DNA of 64,000 bases from Thermoplasmata archaeon. GTDB lineage: Archaea; Thermoplasmatota; E2; DHVEG-1. The notes under the pieces are model-generated. The model did no database searches. It was given only the letters and a program-made list of their open reading frames with translations, and was not told the origin of the DNA. A program made the translations under genes and the position numbers. The first letter of the stretch is position 1. The number at the start of each line of letters is the position of its first letter. The stretch spans positions 4,641 through 68,640 of the forward strand of contig JADBLO010000051.1 of assembly GCA_014894395.1 (NCBI GenBank). The letters are read 5' to 3'. Positions 31,513 to 39,494 of this stretch are shown piece by piece.

Positions 31513-33110
31513 TAAATCACCTCACCAACATGAGAAAGAAGCAGCCGAAAGAAGCTCATCCGATACTCATATGATTCATCAGAGGTATCCATCGTTCGGC
31601 AGTCCTCTTCTGAAGTAAATGGTTCAAACGTTGTTTTTTGCTCTAGATAGATCTCCCAGCGTCCATCAGAAACAGATTTCTTCTTCAAACGATCCTCTAA
31701 ACGTTTCTTGACCACAATATCAGGACAGACACACTGAACCCTCACCAGGGTCGCATGATGTTTTGCGGTGGCATGATGCATCATATCCCGGTATTTTTTC
31801 TTCTGAAACGTTGCATCCAGGACAACGTTTTCTCCTTTTTTTAAGAAAGTTGATGCACGCCCCATAACTCGTTCGTATGTATCATCGATTTTTTTTGGAT
31901 CATAGAGACCAGTGTCGAATTGATCATGATGTTGTTCAAATTGATCAATACCAGCAGCCTCCTTTCGAACGACATCGGTGTTAATCTGCGTTGCATGGTA
32001 ATCAACCGCTATTTTGCGTGCAACCGTTGATTTACCAGTGCCGGATAAACCGCTGACAAGGAATATCAAGGGTTTATTCTTCTGTAAATCAAGTGAAAAC
32101 AAGCCTGCATAATACTGTGACAAGTCAAAGTATTTCTTCGCGGTTTCTACAAGGAGGTTCTTTTTTGCTGGGTCGATATGAGGATCGTTGAGTTGGAACC
32201 CATGGATTTTGCCGCGGACGAACGCCCGGTAAGATTTGTAGAAATTTAACACCGAATAGATATTTATGTCACGACTTTTCTCCACATACTTCTGAATCAG
32301 ATAGCTAGACAAGTATGGGTAATTCAAGTAATCGAGATCCATGGCTAAAAACCCGATATCGGAGGCGACATCACAGAATCGGAATCGGTCGTTAAACTCG
32401 ATGCAGTCAAAGATATGGATGTTCTCACCGGTCACAACGATGTTTCCTGAGTGTAGGTCTCCGTGGCAATCATAGATTCGCCCTTCTTTCATCCGGCGTC
32501 CGAACACCTCTTTTTTCCGTTCGAAAAACTTGGTTGCCGCTTCTTTAATATACGAGTACGTCTCTTTTGGAACCGTGAGGTTAATCATCGGTTTGGTTTG
32601 GTCGAAATTTTCATCAATATTTTGTTTGACTGCCTGTAATTCACCGTATTTTTTAATCTCTTCCGAGGGTTCCTGCGTGTTATAAAAATCAACGAGAACC
32701 GTACACAGATGATCAATGGTTTCTTCAGAAATTTTCGCTTGTTGAAGCATGTTTGTCATGATATATTCTTGGGGGAATTCTTTCATCTTCAATACGTACT
32801 CAACGATCGTTCCATCTCCATTGAGTTCAAGGGTGTTGTCTTTCTGTGTGATGGGGAGAACATCGAGATACATGTCAGGGCAGAGTCTCTTATTGAGTCG
32901 TAGTTCCTCTTCGCAGAAGTATTTGCGTTTATCTAATGTTGAAAAATCAAGGAAACCAAAATTCACTGGTTTTTTCACCTTGTACGCGTAGGTTCCGGTG
33001 AGGGCGACGTAGGAGATATGGGTTTGAAGTAGTTGAACTGAGGTCACATGCGGTCCATAAAACTTCGGGTTTTTCAGTTGATCAAACAGCATTCCCTGGT
33101 TCATACACAC
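31512..33110 (-). CDS. two-domain kinase: aminoglycoside/choline-kinase-like phosphotransferase domain fused to P-loop (AAA/zeta-toxin/gluconate-kinase-like) kinase domain
   Basis: Brenner-like HGDLHSGNIV..D kinase motif in the N-terminal part and Walker A GLSGTGKST in the C-terminal part. TAATG overlap with the dph2 start. Confidence 0.6.
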   Translation of the reverse strand: MCMNQGMLFDQLKNPKFYGPHVTSVQLLQTHISYVALTGTYAYKVKKPVNFGFLDFSTLDKRKYFCEEELRLNKRLCPDMYLDVLPITQKDNTLELNGDGTIVEYVLKMKEFPQEYIMTNMLQQAKISEETIDHLCTVLVDFYNTQEPSEEIKKYGELQAVKQNIDENFDQTKPMINLTVPKETYSYIKEAATKFFERKKEVFGRRMKEGRIYDCHGDLHSGNIVVTGENIHIFDCIEFNDRFRFCDVASDIGFLAMDLDYLNYPYLSSYLIQKYVEKSRDINIYSVLNFYKSYRAFVRGKIHGFQLNDPHIDPAKKNLLVETAKKYFDLSQYYAGLFSLDLQKNKPLIFLVSGLSGTGKSTVARKIAVDYHATQINTDVVRKEAAGIDQFEQHHDQFDTGLYDPKKIDDTYERVMGRASTFLKKGENVVLDATFQKKKYRDMMHHATAKHHATLVRVQCVCPDIVVKKRLEDRLKKKSVSDGRWEIYLEQKTTFEPFTSEEDCRTMDTSDESYEYRMSFFRLLLSHVGEVI

Positions 33111-33234
33111 GTGATAGACCCTGGCTTTTTATAAGACTTGTCGTTCACGGAGGTGTTTGACTGTTTTTTACAAAGGCATGGCAATAAATTTATGGTGTCA
33201 CTGATTACGCAGTGAAAAGCCAAAAAAAAAAGGT

Positions 33235-34497
33235 TTAGGCAGGAAACACAATAATCACAAAGAGCGTTTGAATAAGTAAAAGAGTAATTGCCGCAGGAAT
33301 AAACATCTTGTACATCTGTGTGGTATCTGTTTTTAAATATTCACTACTCAAGACATTGCAGAGGTGTATCGGTGAGATGAGGTACCCTATGAGAGAGCTC
33401 ATGAAAATAAGGCTTGTAAGGCCAATAATATTCACTCCAGTGAACGCGAAAAACGGGTCAACGAGAGGATAGGAGAGCGCAATCGCACCAAGATTATACC
33501 CCGTCAAAGTCCCAAGAAGAAGCGGAATAAGGATGACTATGAGAAGTGCTGGAAACGCAAGGCTTTGCATCGTTTCTGTGATAAGCAGGTGCATCTGAGA
33601 AATCTTCATCATCTCCCTAAGAATCATTATCCCAAAGATTGCTAACGCTAGATTCCAAGTTAGTGATTTTTTTATAATTGTCACATAGGTTGTAACGTCA
33701 ATGTTTATGAGAGCATACAAAAGCAGGAGGCTGAAAGATACACCGATTAAGAAACACCTTGTTTCTGAGAGACCGATAAATTTCAAAGGATAAAACAGAA
33801 GGGGAACAATCGGTGGAAGGATGTACACTAATCCGCGGTAATCCTTTACAACAGTAACCTTGGAGTGAGGAGTTTTTCCAGTGAATCGTTTGAGGAAAAT
33901 AAATCCAATCAGGACGACTCCAATAAATGCTGGGAGATCTGCAAGAATAAGCATCTGGATAGGAACCCCGGAGAATTTAATACTGCAGATAAGTATCATC
34001 GCTGCCGAGATCGGATAGATAGGGAACCAGACATGCCGAAACCAGATGTTTAAAAAATTCTTTTGATCTTTCTGCAGTTTGTATTTATCCCCCTCTTTAT
34101 CGATGAGCGGAGCAGAAAATAACGCGCCACCAGGAACAGGCATCAATCCATAGACCGCAGGAATAACCCCCAAGGTTCCTCCTTTAGAGAAAAACGTTCG
34201 TAAACTATCAATAAGTTTGGTAATTGCCCCGGTCTCTTGCATGGACTTCGCCAGAACAAAAATCAAGGTCATAAGCAAAGCAAGTTCAAGAGTCTCAGTC
34301 ATAATCTGTTGTTTTTCAAACGAATAGAAACTTGCTTCAATCATTGCTTTGGGGATATCAATTGGTGTGATAACCTCAAGAGAAAAAACACCGACAATAA
34401 GAGAACCAACAAACAAGGACAACCCAAAATTTACCTTCTTCCGAATCAGAATAAGGATGACAATAAATGCAATAACAACCCCTATAAGATTCAGCAT
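33235..34497 (-). CDS. polytopic membrane protein, probable transporter (about 12 TM)
   Basis: 420 aa, hydrophobic throughout. Family not recognised. Confidence 0.5.
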   Translation of the reverse strand: MLNLIGVVIAFIVILILIRKKVNFGLSLFVGSLIVGVFSLEVITPIDIPKAMIEASFYSFEKQQIMTETLELALLMTLIFVLAKSMQETGAITKLIDSLRTFFSKGGTLGVIPAVYGLMPVPGGALFSAPLIDKEGDKYKLQKDQKNFLNIWFRHVWFPIYPISAAMILICSIKFSGVPIQMLILADLPAFIGVVLIGFIFLKRFTGKTPHSKVTVVKDYRGLVYILPPIVPLLFYPLKFIGLSETRCFLIGVSFSLLLLYALINIDVTTYVTIIKKSLTWNLALAIFGIMILREMMKISQMHLLITETMQSLAFPALLIVILIPLLLGTLTGYNLGAIALSYPLVDPFFAFTGVNIIGLTSLIFMSSLIGYLISPIHLCNVLSSEYLKTDTTQMYKMFIPAAITLLLIQTLFVIIVFPA

Positions 34498-34522
34498 GCT
34501 GCACCAGAAATAGGCGTATGAT

Positions 34523-35827
34523 TTAACTAGTTAACTCCTGAGCGTCCTTCTCCGCACGTTCTAACGTTTCCTGCATATCAATTGTCAGGAATTCATTATC
34601 GAGCATCAGTGGCTTACCATTAACAATCGTCGTGCAAACATCAGTTCCTCTCGCAGCGTACACAAGATGAGAGACAGGATCATGAAGCGGTGTGAGATGC
34701 GGCTTTTTCAAATCAATCATGATAAGATCAGCGGTTTTCCCTTCCTCAAGAGAACCAAGAGTTTGTTGAACACCAAGACATGTGGCACCACCAATGGTCG
34801 CCAGATCAACAACCGTTTGCACAGGCAGTACTGTCGGGTCCCAGCGATGATTCTTATGGACCAGCGCGCAGAACTTCATCGTCTCAAACATATCCAGGGT
34901 GTTGTTGCTTGCTGCGCCATCTGTTCCTAAACCAACAGGAACGTGTACATCAAGAAGTTCAGGAATCGGTGCGTACCCACCGGTTGCGATTTTCATGTTG
35001 CTGACCGGACAATGAGATACCGCGACACCAGCGTTTTTCATTTCAAGAATCTCATTTTTTGTAATCCACCCGCAATGCGCAAGAATCGTACCTTTTTGAA
35101 GTAAACCGATTTTTTTCAATTGCTCAACCGGTCTCACCCCGTATCTCTTTTCTATATCGTAGACTTCGTCTCTGGTCTCAGAGCAATGCGTATGCAGAGG
35201 AACACGGTGTTTCGTTGCAACCTCAAGGGACTTTTGAAGGGTTTCTGGGTTACAGGAGTACATACTATGAGGAGCAACTACAGGAGAAATCAAGGCGTTG
35301 CCTTTCCAGCGTTTCACAAACTGTTCACACTGCAGGATTAACTCTGATGCCTTGTACTCCGGGGTATCAAAGTCAATAAGAGCAAAGCCAAGGAACCCAC
35401 GCATCCCAACCTTTTCGGTGACTTTTGCGATTGTGTCTTCAAAATAATACATGTCAAGGTACGATGTTGTACCAGACGCGATCATTTCCAAGAGTCCAAG
35501 CTCTGTACCACTCTCAATATATTTCTTGTCAAGCTTCGCTTCGACTGGCCAGATCCGCTGCGCAAGCCAGTCTTTAAGCAGCATGTCATCCCCATACCCG
35601 CGAAACAATGTCATCGGAATATGCGTATGGGTATTGATTAAACCAGGTAAAACGAGTTTCTTTGTTCCATCTATTTTATAATCAGCCTCAATAGAAAGCG
35701 GTTTCTTGGAGATCTCAACAATACGATGATCCTCTATATATACATCTCCCTGAAGTTGCTGTCGAGAATCATTCTGAGTGAGAATCGTGGAATGTCTAAT
35801 GAGAATGCTCATTGTCTTGCTCGTCAT
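34523..35827 (-). CDS. mtaD: amidohydrolase, likely 5'-methylthioadenosine/S-adenosylhomocysteine deaminase (MtaD-like)
   Basis: GLINTHTHIPMTLFRGYGDDMLLKDWL metal-binding HxH motif and downstream HCSE/D motifs, 434 aa. Confidence 0.65.
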   Translation of the reverse strand: MTSKTMSILIRHSTILTQNDSRQQLQGDVYIEDHRIVEISKKPLSIEADYKIDGTKKLVLPGLINTHTHIPMTLFRGYGDDMLLKDWLAQRIWPVEAKLDKKYIESGTELGLLEMIASGTTSYLDMYYFEDTIAKVTEKVGMRGFLGFALIDFDTPEYKASELILQCEQFVKRWKGNALISPVVAPHSMYSCNPETLQKSLEVATKHRVPLHTHCSETRDEVYDIEKRYGVRPVEQLKKIGLLQKGTILAHCGWITKNEILEMKNAGVAVSHCPVSNMKIATGGYAPIPELLDVHVPVGLGTDGAASNNTLDMFETMKFCALVHKNHRWDPTVLPVQTVVDLATIGGATCLGVQQTLGSLEEGKTADLIMIDLKKPHLTPLHDPVSHLVYAARGTDVCTTIVNGKPLMLDNEFLTIDMQETLERAEKDAQELTS

Positions 35828-36248
35828 CGATCATTGGTGTGGCTTTCTCCCAACTATCGTTAAAATATTTGTTGAGTTTTTCAAGCATATCTTTCTCAAC
35901 GGTCCACACACCAAGCTCATCTTGCTTGATAGGCCCTGAAAGAATCAACGCCCGATCATCACCAAGGATAAAGTTCCCTCTGATACCAGAATGTTGCTTC
36001 ACATCTATTCCCTTCAACATCGCTCCATTTTGATATTCATTGACCACGACTTTTGCGTTCTTTGGAAGCTCGATAGCCCCCATATTCTCCGCGATAATAC
36101 GAGGATTTGCTATCTCCGCGATACTCCATTTATGGGTTGGTCTGGTTGCCGGCTGTGTCTTATTGACTCGTCTCATCCCTATCTCAATGGCAAGTCCTAC
36201 GGTGATTACACCGATGATTAAACCTATTACAAATGCTATGACATCCAT
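35796..36248 (-). CDS. N-terminally membrane-anchored hypothetical protein
   Basis: N-terminal TM helix (VIAFVIGLIIGVITVGLAI) and an acidic C-terminal tail. Overlaps the mtaD start by about 30 nt. Confidence 0.4.
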   Translation of the reverse strand: MDVIAFVIGLIIGVITVGLAIEIGMRRVNKTQPATRPTHKWSIAEIANPRIIAENMGAIELPKNAKVVVNEYQNGAMLKGIDVKQHSGIRGNFILGDDRALILSGPIKQDELGVWTVEKDMLEKLNKYFNDSWEKATPMIDDEQDNEHSH

Positions 36249-36338
36249 CTGCTATCCATCTCCTACAACAGGTAAATCAGCATCCAGGATAAATAGATTT
36301 TCCCTGGCTGAATAAAAATAACAACAAAGACAACCTTT

Positions 36339-37289
36339 ATGTCCCATAGCGATATTCAGGACAAAAATCCGGGTTTTATCACTATGGAAAAAACACTTCA
36401 ACAACAGATACAGGAATTAAAAAAGAAACGCCATGCAGTGATCCTTGCACATAACTATCAAAACCCGGAAATCCAGGATGTCGCTGATTTTGTTGGAGAC
36501 TCCCTTGACTTATCCTTAAAAGCAACCAAAACAGATGCGAAAACCATCGTTTTCTGCGGCGTTGATTTCATGGCAGAGGCAGCAAAGATTTTAAATCCTG
36601 AGAAAACCGTGATTCTTCCCGATAAAACCGCGAACTGCCCGATGGCAGAGATGGTGGATGCGGAAAGTCTGAGTTGGCTTATCAAAGAACATCCTGACGC
36701 AGAAGTAGTCGCTTATATTAATACGACAGCGGACGTCAAAACATTAGCTGATATCTGCTGCACTTCTGCAAATGGAGTCAGAATTGTGAAAAGCAGAACT
36801 GCGAAAAAAATCATTTTTATCCCTGACCGGAACCTTGGACTATATATCCAGAAACAGGTTCCAGAAAAAGAGATGATCCTCTGGCCAGGAGTCTGTCGCA
36901 CCCACCATGATATCAAAAAAGAAGATATCGTAGTGTTAAAGAAGAAACATCCGCATGCTGAAATCCTTGTTCATCCTGAGTGTCAACCTGAAATTATCGA
37001 GTTTGCAGACTACGTCTTTTCAACCAACGGAATGGTCAATCATGCGAAGACATCACCGATAAAAGAGTTTATCATTGGTACGGAAAAAGGGCTCTGTTAC
37101 CGGTTGGAGAAGGAAAACCCCGGGAAGAAATTCTATCCGGTTCCCACAGCAATATGCCCAAATATGAAAAAAACTACGCTAGAAAAAGTATTAAAAAGCA
37201 TGGAGACTTTGGAACCGAAGATAAACCTCTCGGATGAAATTATGCAGAAGGCACGTGTGCCATTACAACGTATGATGGAAATAGAGTGA
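36339..37289 (+). CDS. nadA: quinolinate synthase NadA
   Basis: ILAHNYQNPEIQDVADFVGDSL and three-Cys Fe-S pattern. The ATG at 36384 (MEKTLQQQ) is a possible true start. Confidence 0.85.
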   Translation: MSHSDIQDKNPGFITMEKTLQQQIQELKKKRHAVILAHNYQNPEIQDVADFVGDSLDLSLKATKTDAKTIVFCGVDFMAEAAKILNPEKTVILPDKTANCPMAEMVDAESLSWLIKEHPDAEVVAYINTTADVKTLADICCTSANGVRIVKSRTAKKIIFIPDRNLGLYIQKQVPEKEMILWPGVCRTHHDIKKEDIVVLKKKHPHAEILVHPECQPEIIEFADYVFSTNGMVNHAKTSPIKEFIIGTEKGLCYRLEKENPGKKFYPVPTAICPNMKKTTLEKVLKSMETLEPKINLSDEIMQKARVPLQRMMEIE

Positions 37290-37300
37290 GGCGAAAAACT

Positions 37301-38470
37301 ATGAAGCGAGTTTTCATGGATAACGCATCCACCACGAAAGTCGATCCTGAAGTACTTAATACGATGCTTCCATATTTCACGGAATACTATGGGAATCCCT
37401 CGTCAATCCATGCATTTGGACGAGAAGCGCGAAAAGCAGTCGATACCGCAAGAACACACGTCGGTGATTTACTTGGTGCCAAGGACGATGAAATTATTTT
37501 TACCGCTGGCGGAACCGAATCAGATAACCTTGCCATCAAAGGAGTGGCCTATCTGAACAAAGATAAAAGAACGACCAAAGGGCCGCATATCATCACCTCG
37601 ACAATAGAACATCCGGGAGTTCTTGAGACCTGCCGACATCTTGAAACACAAGGATTCCAAGTGAAATATCTTCCGGTCGATAAGGATGGGATCGTCAACC
37701 CTGAAGAGCTTCAGAAATCGATTTCGAAAAACACGTTTCTTATCACCATCATGTTTGCGAACAACGAAATTGGTACCATTCAACCAATCGAGGAAATCGG
37801 GAAGATCGCCCATAAACATGATATCATCTTCCATACCGATGCAGTACAAGCGGTTGCAAAGCTTCCTATTGACGTGAAGAAACAACATATCGATTTGCTT
37901 GCGTTATCTTCCCATAAAATCTATGGGCCAAAAGGAATAGGAGCGCTCTATATTCGAAATGGAGTCAAGGTCCAGCCAATTATTCATGGAGGGGGACATG
38001 AGAAAGGGGTACGGAGCAGTACCCTTAATGTTCCTGGTATCGTTGGTCTGGGAAAAGCATGTGACCTTGCAGAAAAACGAATGACAAAAGATATTCCTTA
38101 TATGAAAACACTACGCGATCTCCTCATAAAAAATACATTACAGATTGAAGAAAGCCATTTGAATGGTCATCCTGAGAAACGTCTGGTGAACAACGCACAT
38201 TTCAGATTCACGGGGATTGAAGGAGAATCCATCCTCCTCGGATTAGATGAGCAGGGAATTGCGACATCGACAGGATCTGCATGCTCTTCTCAGAAACTTC
38301 AAGCATCTCATGTGCTCCTTGCGATAGGGTTAGACCCGGTACAGGCACATGGATCACTTCGGATGTCTCTTGGACGAGAGAACACCAAAGAAGAAGTTAC
38401 CTATGTCTCCAAAATAATCCCTCAGATTGTAGAGAAACTACGAATGATGTCTCCCTTGTGGAACCGGTAG
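37301..38470 (+). CDS. iscS: cysteine desulfurase (NifS/IscS class V aminotransferase)
   Basis: MKRVFMDNASTTKVDPEV N-terminus, SSHKIYGPKGIGALY PLP-Lys motif, and active-site Cys in SACSS. GAGG upstream. Confidence 0.85.
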   Translation: MKRVFMDNASTTKVDPEVLNTMLPYFTEYYGNPSSIHAFGREARKAVDTARTHVGDLLGAKDDEIIFTAGGTESDNLAIKGVAYLNKDKRTTKGPHIITSTIEHPGVLETCRHLETQGFQVKYLPVDKDGIVNPEELQKSISKNTFLITIMFANNEIGTIQPIEEIGKIAHKHDIIFHTDAVQAVAKLPIDVKKQHIDLLALSSHKIYGPKGIGALYIRNGVKVQPIIHGGGHEKGVRSSTLNVPGIVGLGKACDLAEKRMTKDIPYMKTLRDLLIKNTLQIEESHLNGHPEKRLVNNAHFRFTGIEGESILLGLDEQGIATSTGSACSSQKLQASHVLLAIGLDPVQAHGSLRMSLGRENTKEEVTYVSKIIPQIVEKLRMMSPLWNR

Positions 38471-38473
38471 GAT

Positions 38474-39169
38474 ATGAAGAAAAAAAAAGCGGTTTGTTTG
38501 ATCTCGGGTGGTCTTGATTCTGCTGTGACTGCTTTTATCGCAAAAAAACAGGGGTACGACCTGTATGCGCTGTCGTTTCGCTATGGGCAACGTCATACAA
38601 AAGAGCTTTCATGCGCAAAGAAGATTACGAAAGCAGTAGGCGTAAAGGATCATATTATTTTTAATATTGATCTTCAAAAATTTGGTGGATCTTCTCTTCT
38701 TATCTCCTCGTCGTATCAGATTAAAAATCATGCGTTAAATGATATTGGAAAAACGATCCCATCAACGTATGTTCCAGCGCGAAATACAGTTTTTCTTTCA
38801 CTCGCACTCGCGTATGCCGAAGCCATTGACGCGGTTGCAATCTTTATTGGCGCAAATGCCGTGGATTACTCAGCGTATCCTGATTGCAGACCAAATTACA
38901 TTCGAGCGTATCAGCATCTAGCTAATCTTGCAACAAAGCGTGGAGTGGAAGGAAAACCGATTCGCATCAATGCACCGCTCTTACATCTCACAAAAGCTGA
39001 GATTATTAAAACAGGCGTGAAATTGAATGTTCCTTTTGCGAAGACTTGGTCGTGTTATCGAGGAGAAGTCAAGGCGTGTGGTCAGTGTGATTCCTGTCTC
39101 CTCCGCCTTAAAGGTTTTCAGGAAGCGGAAGTAAAAGATCCTATACCTTACAAAACTATTCCGGATTGA
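38474..39169 (+). CDS. queC: 7-cyano-7-deazaguanine synthase QueC
   Basis: PP-loop SGGLDS and C-terminal zinc motif CGQCDSCLLR. Confidence 0.85.
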   Translation: MKKKKAVCLISGGLDSAVTAFIAKKQGYDLYALSFRYGQRHTKELSCAKKITKAVGVKDHIIFNIDLQKFGGSSLLISSSYQIKNHALNDIGKTIPSTYVPARNTVFLSLALAYAEAIDAVAIFIGANAVDYSAYPDCRPNYIRAYQHLANLATKRGVEGKPIRINAPLLHLTKAEIIKTGVKLNVPFAKTWSCYRGEVKACGQCDSCLLRLKGFQEAEVKDPIPYKTIPD

Positions 39170-39494
39170 TATCTTAAATAATGCAACTAGTGCACCTTGG
39201 CATAGAATAATTCTAATATAACATTTCTTCAGTGATTTTTCATAAATTTTCACATCACTTTTATTCTCATTTTATTTTTGAAGAATCCTATAAATTCTAT
39301 ACTTATCAGCTCTGTACAATATAATTCTATACTTCTCTTTACAGTAAAAAGTAGTAACAAACGAAAATAATTAGTCTCTGTAAGCGGCAAATTCTATTAT
39401 TGTGACAGGAGAGAAAAAAAGGGAATCCCTTCGGTATGATTCGAGTTCGCTGTAGGAAAATTTATTAATACGTGACAACTCTTTTATAGTTAGT

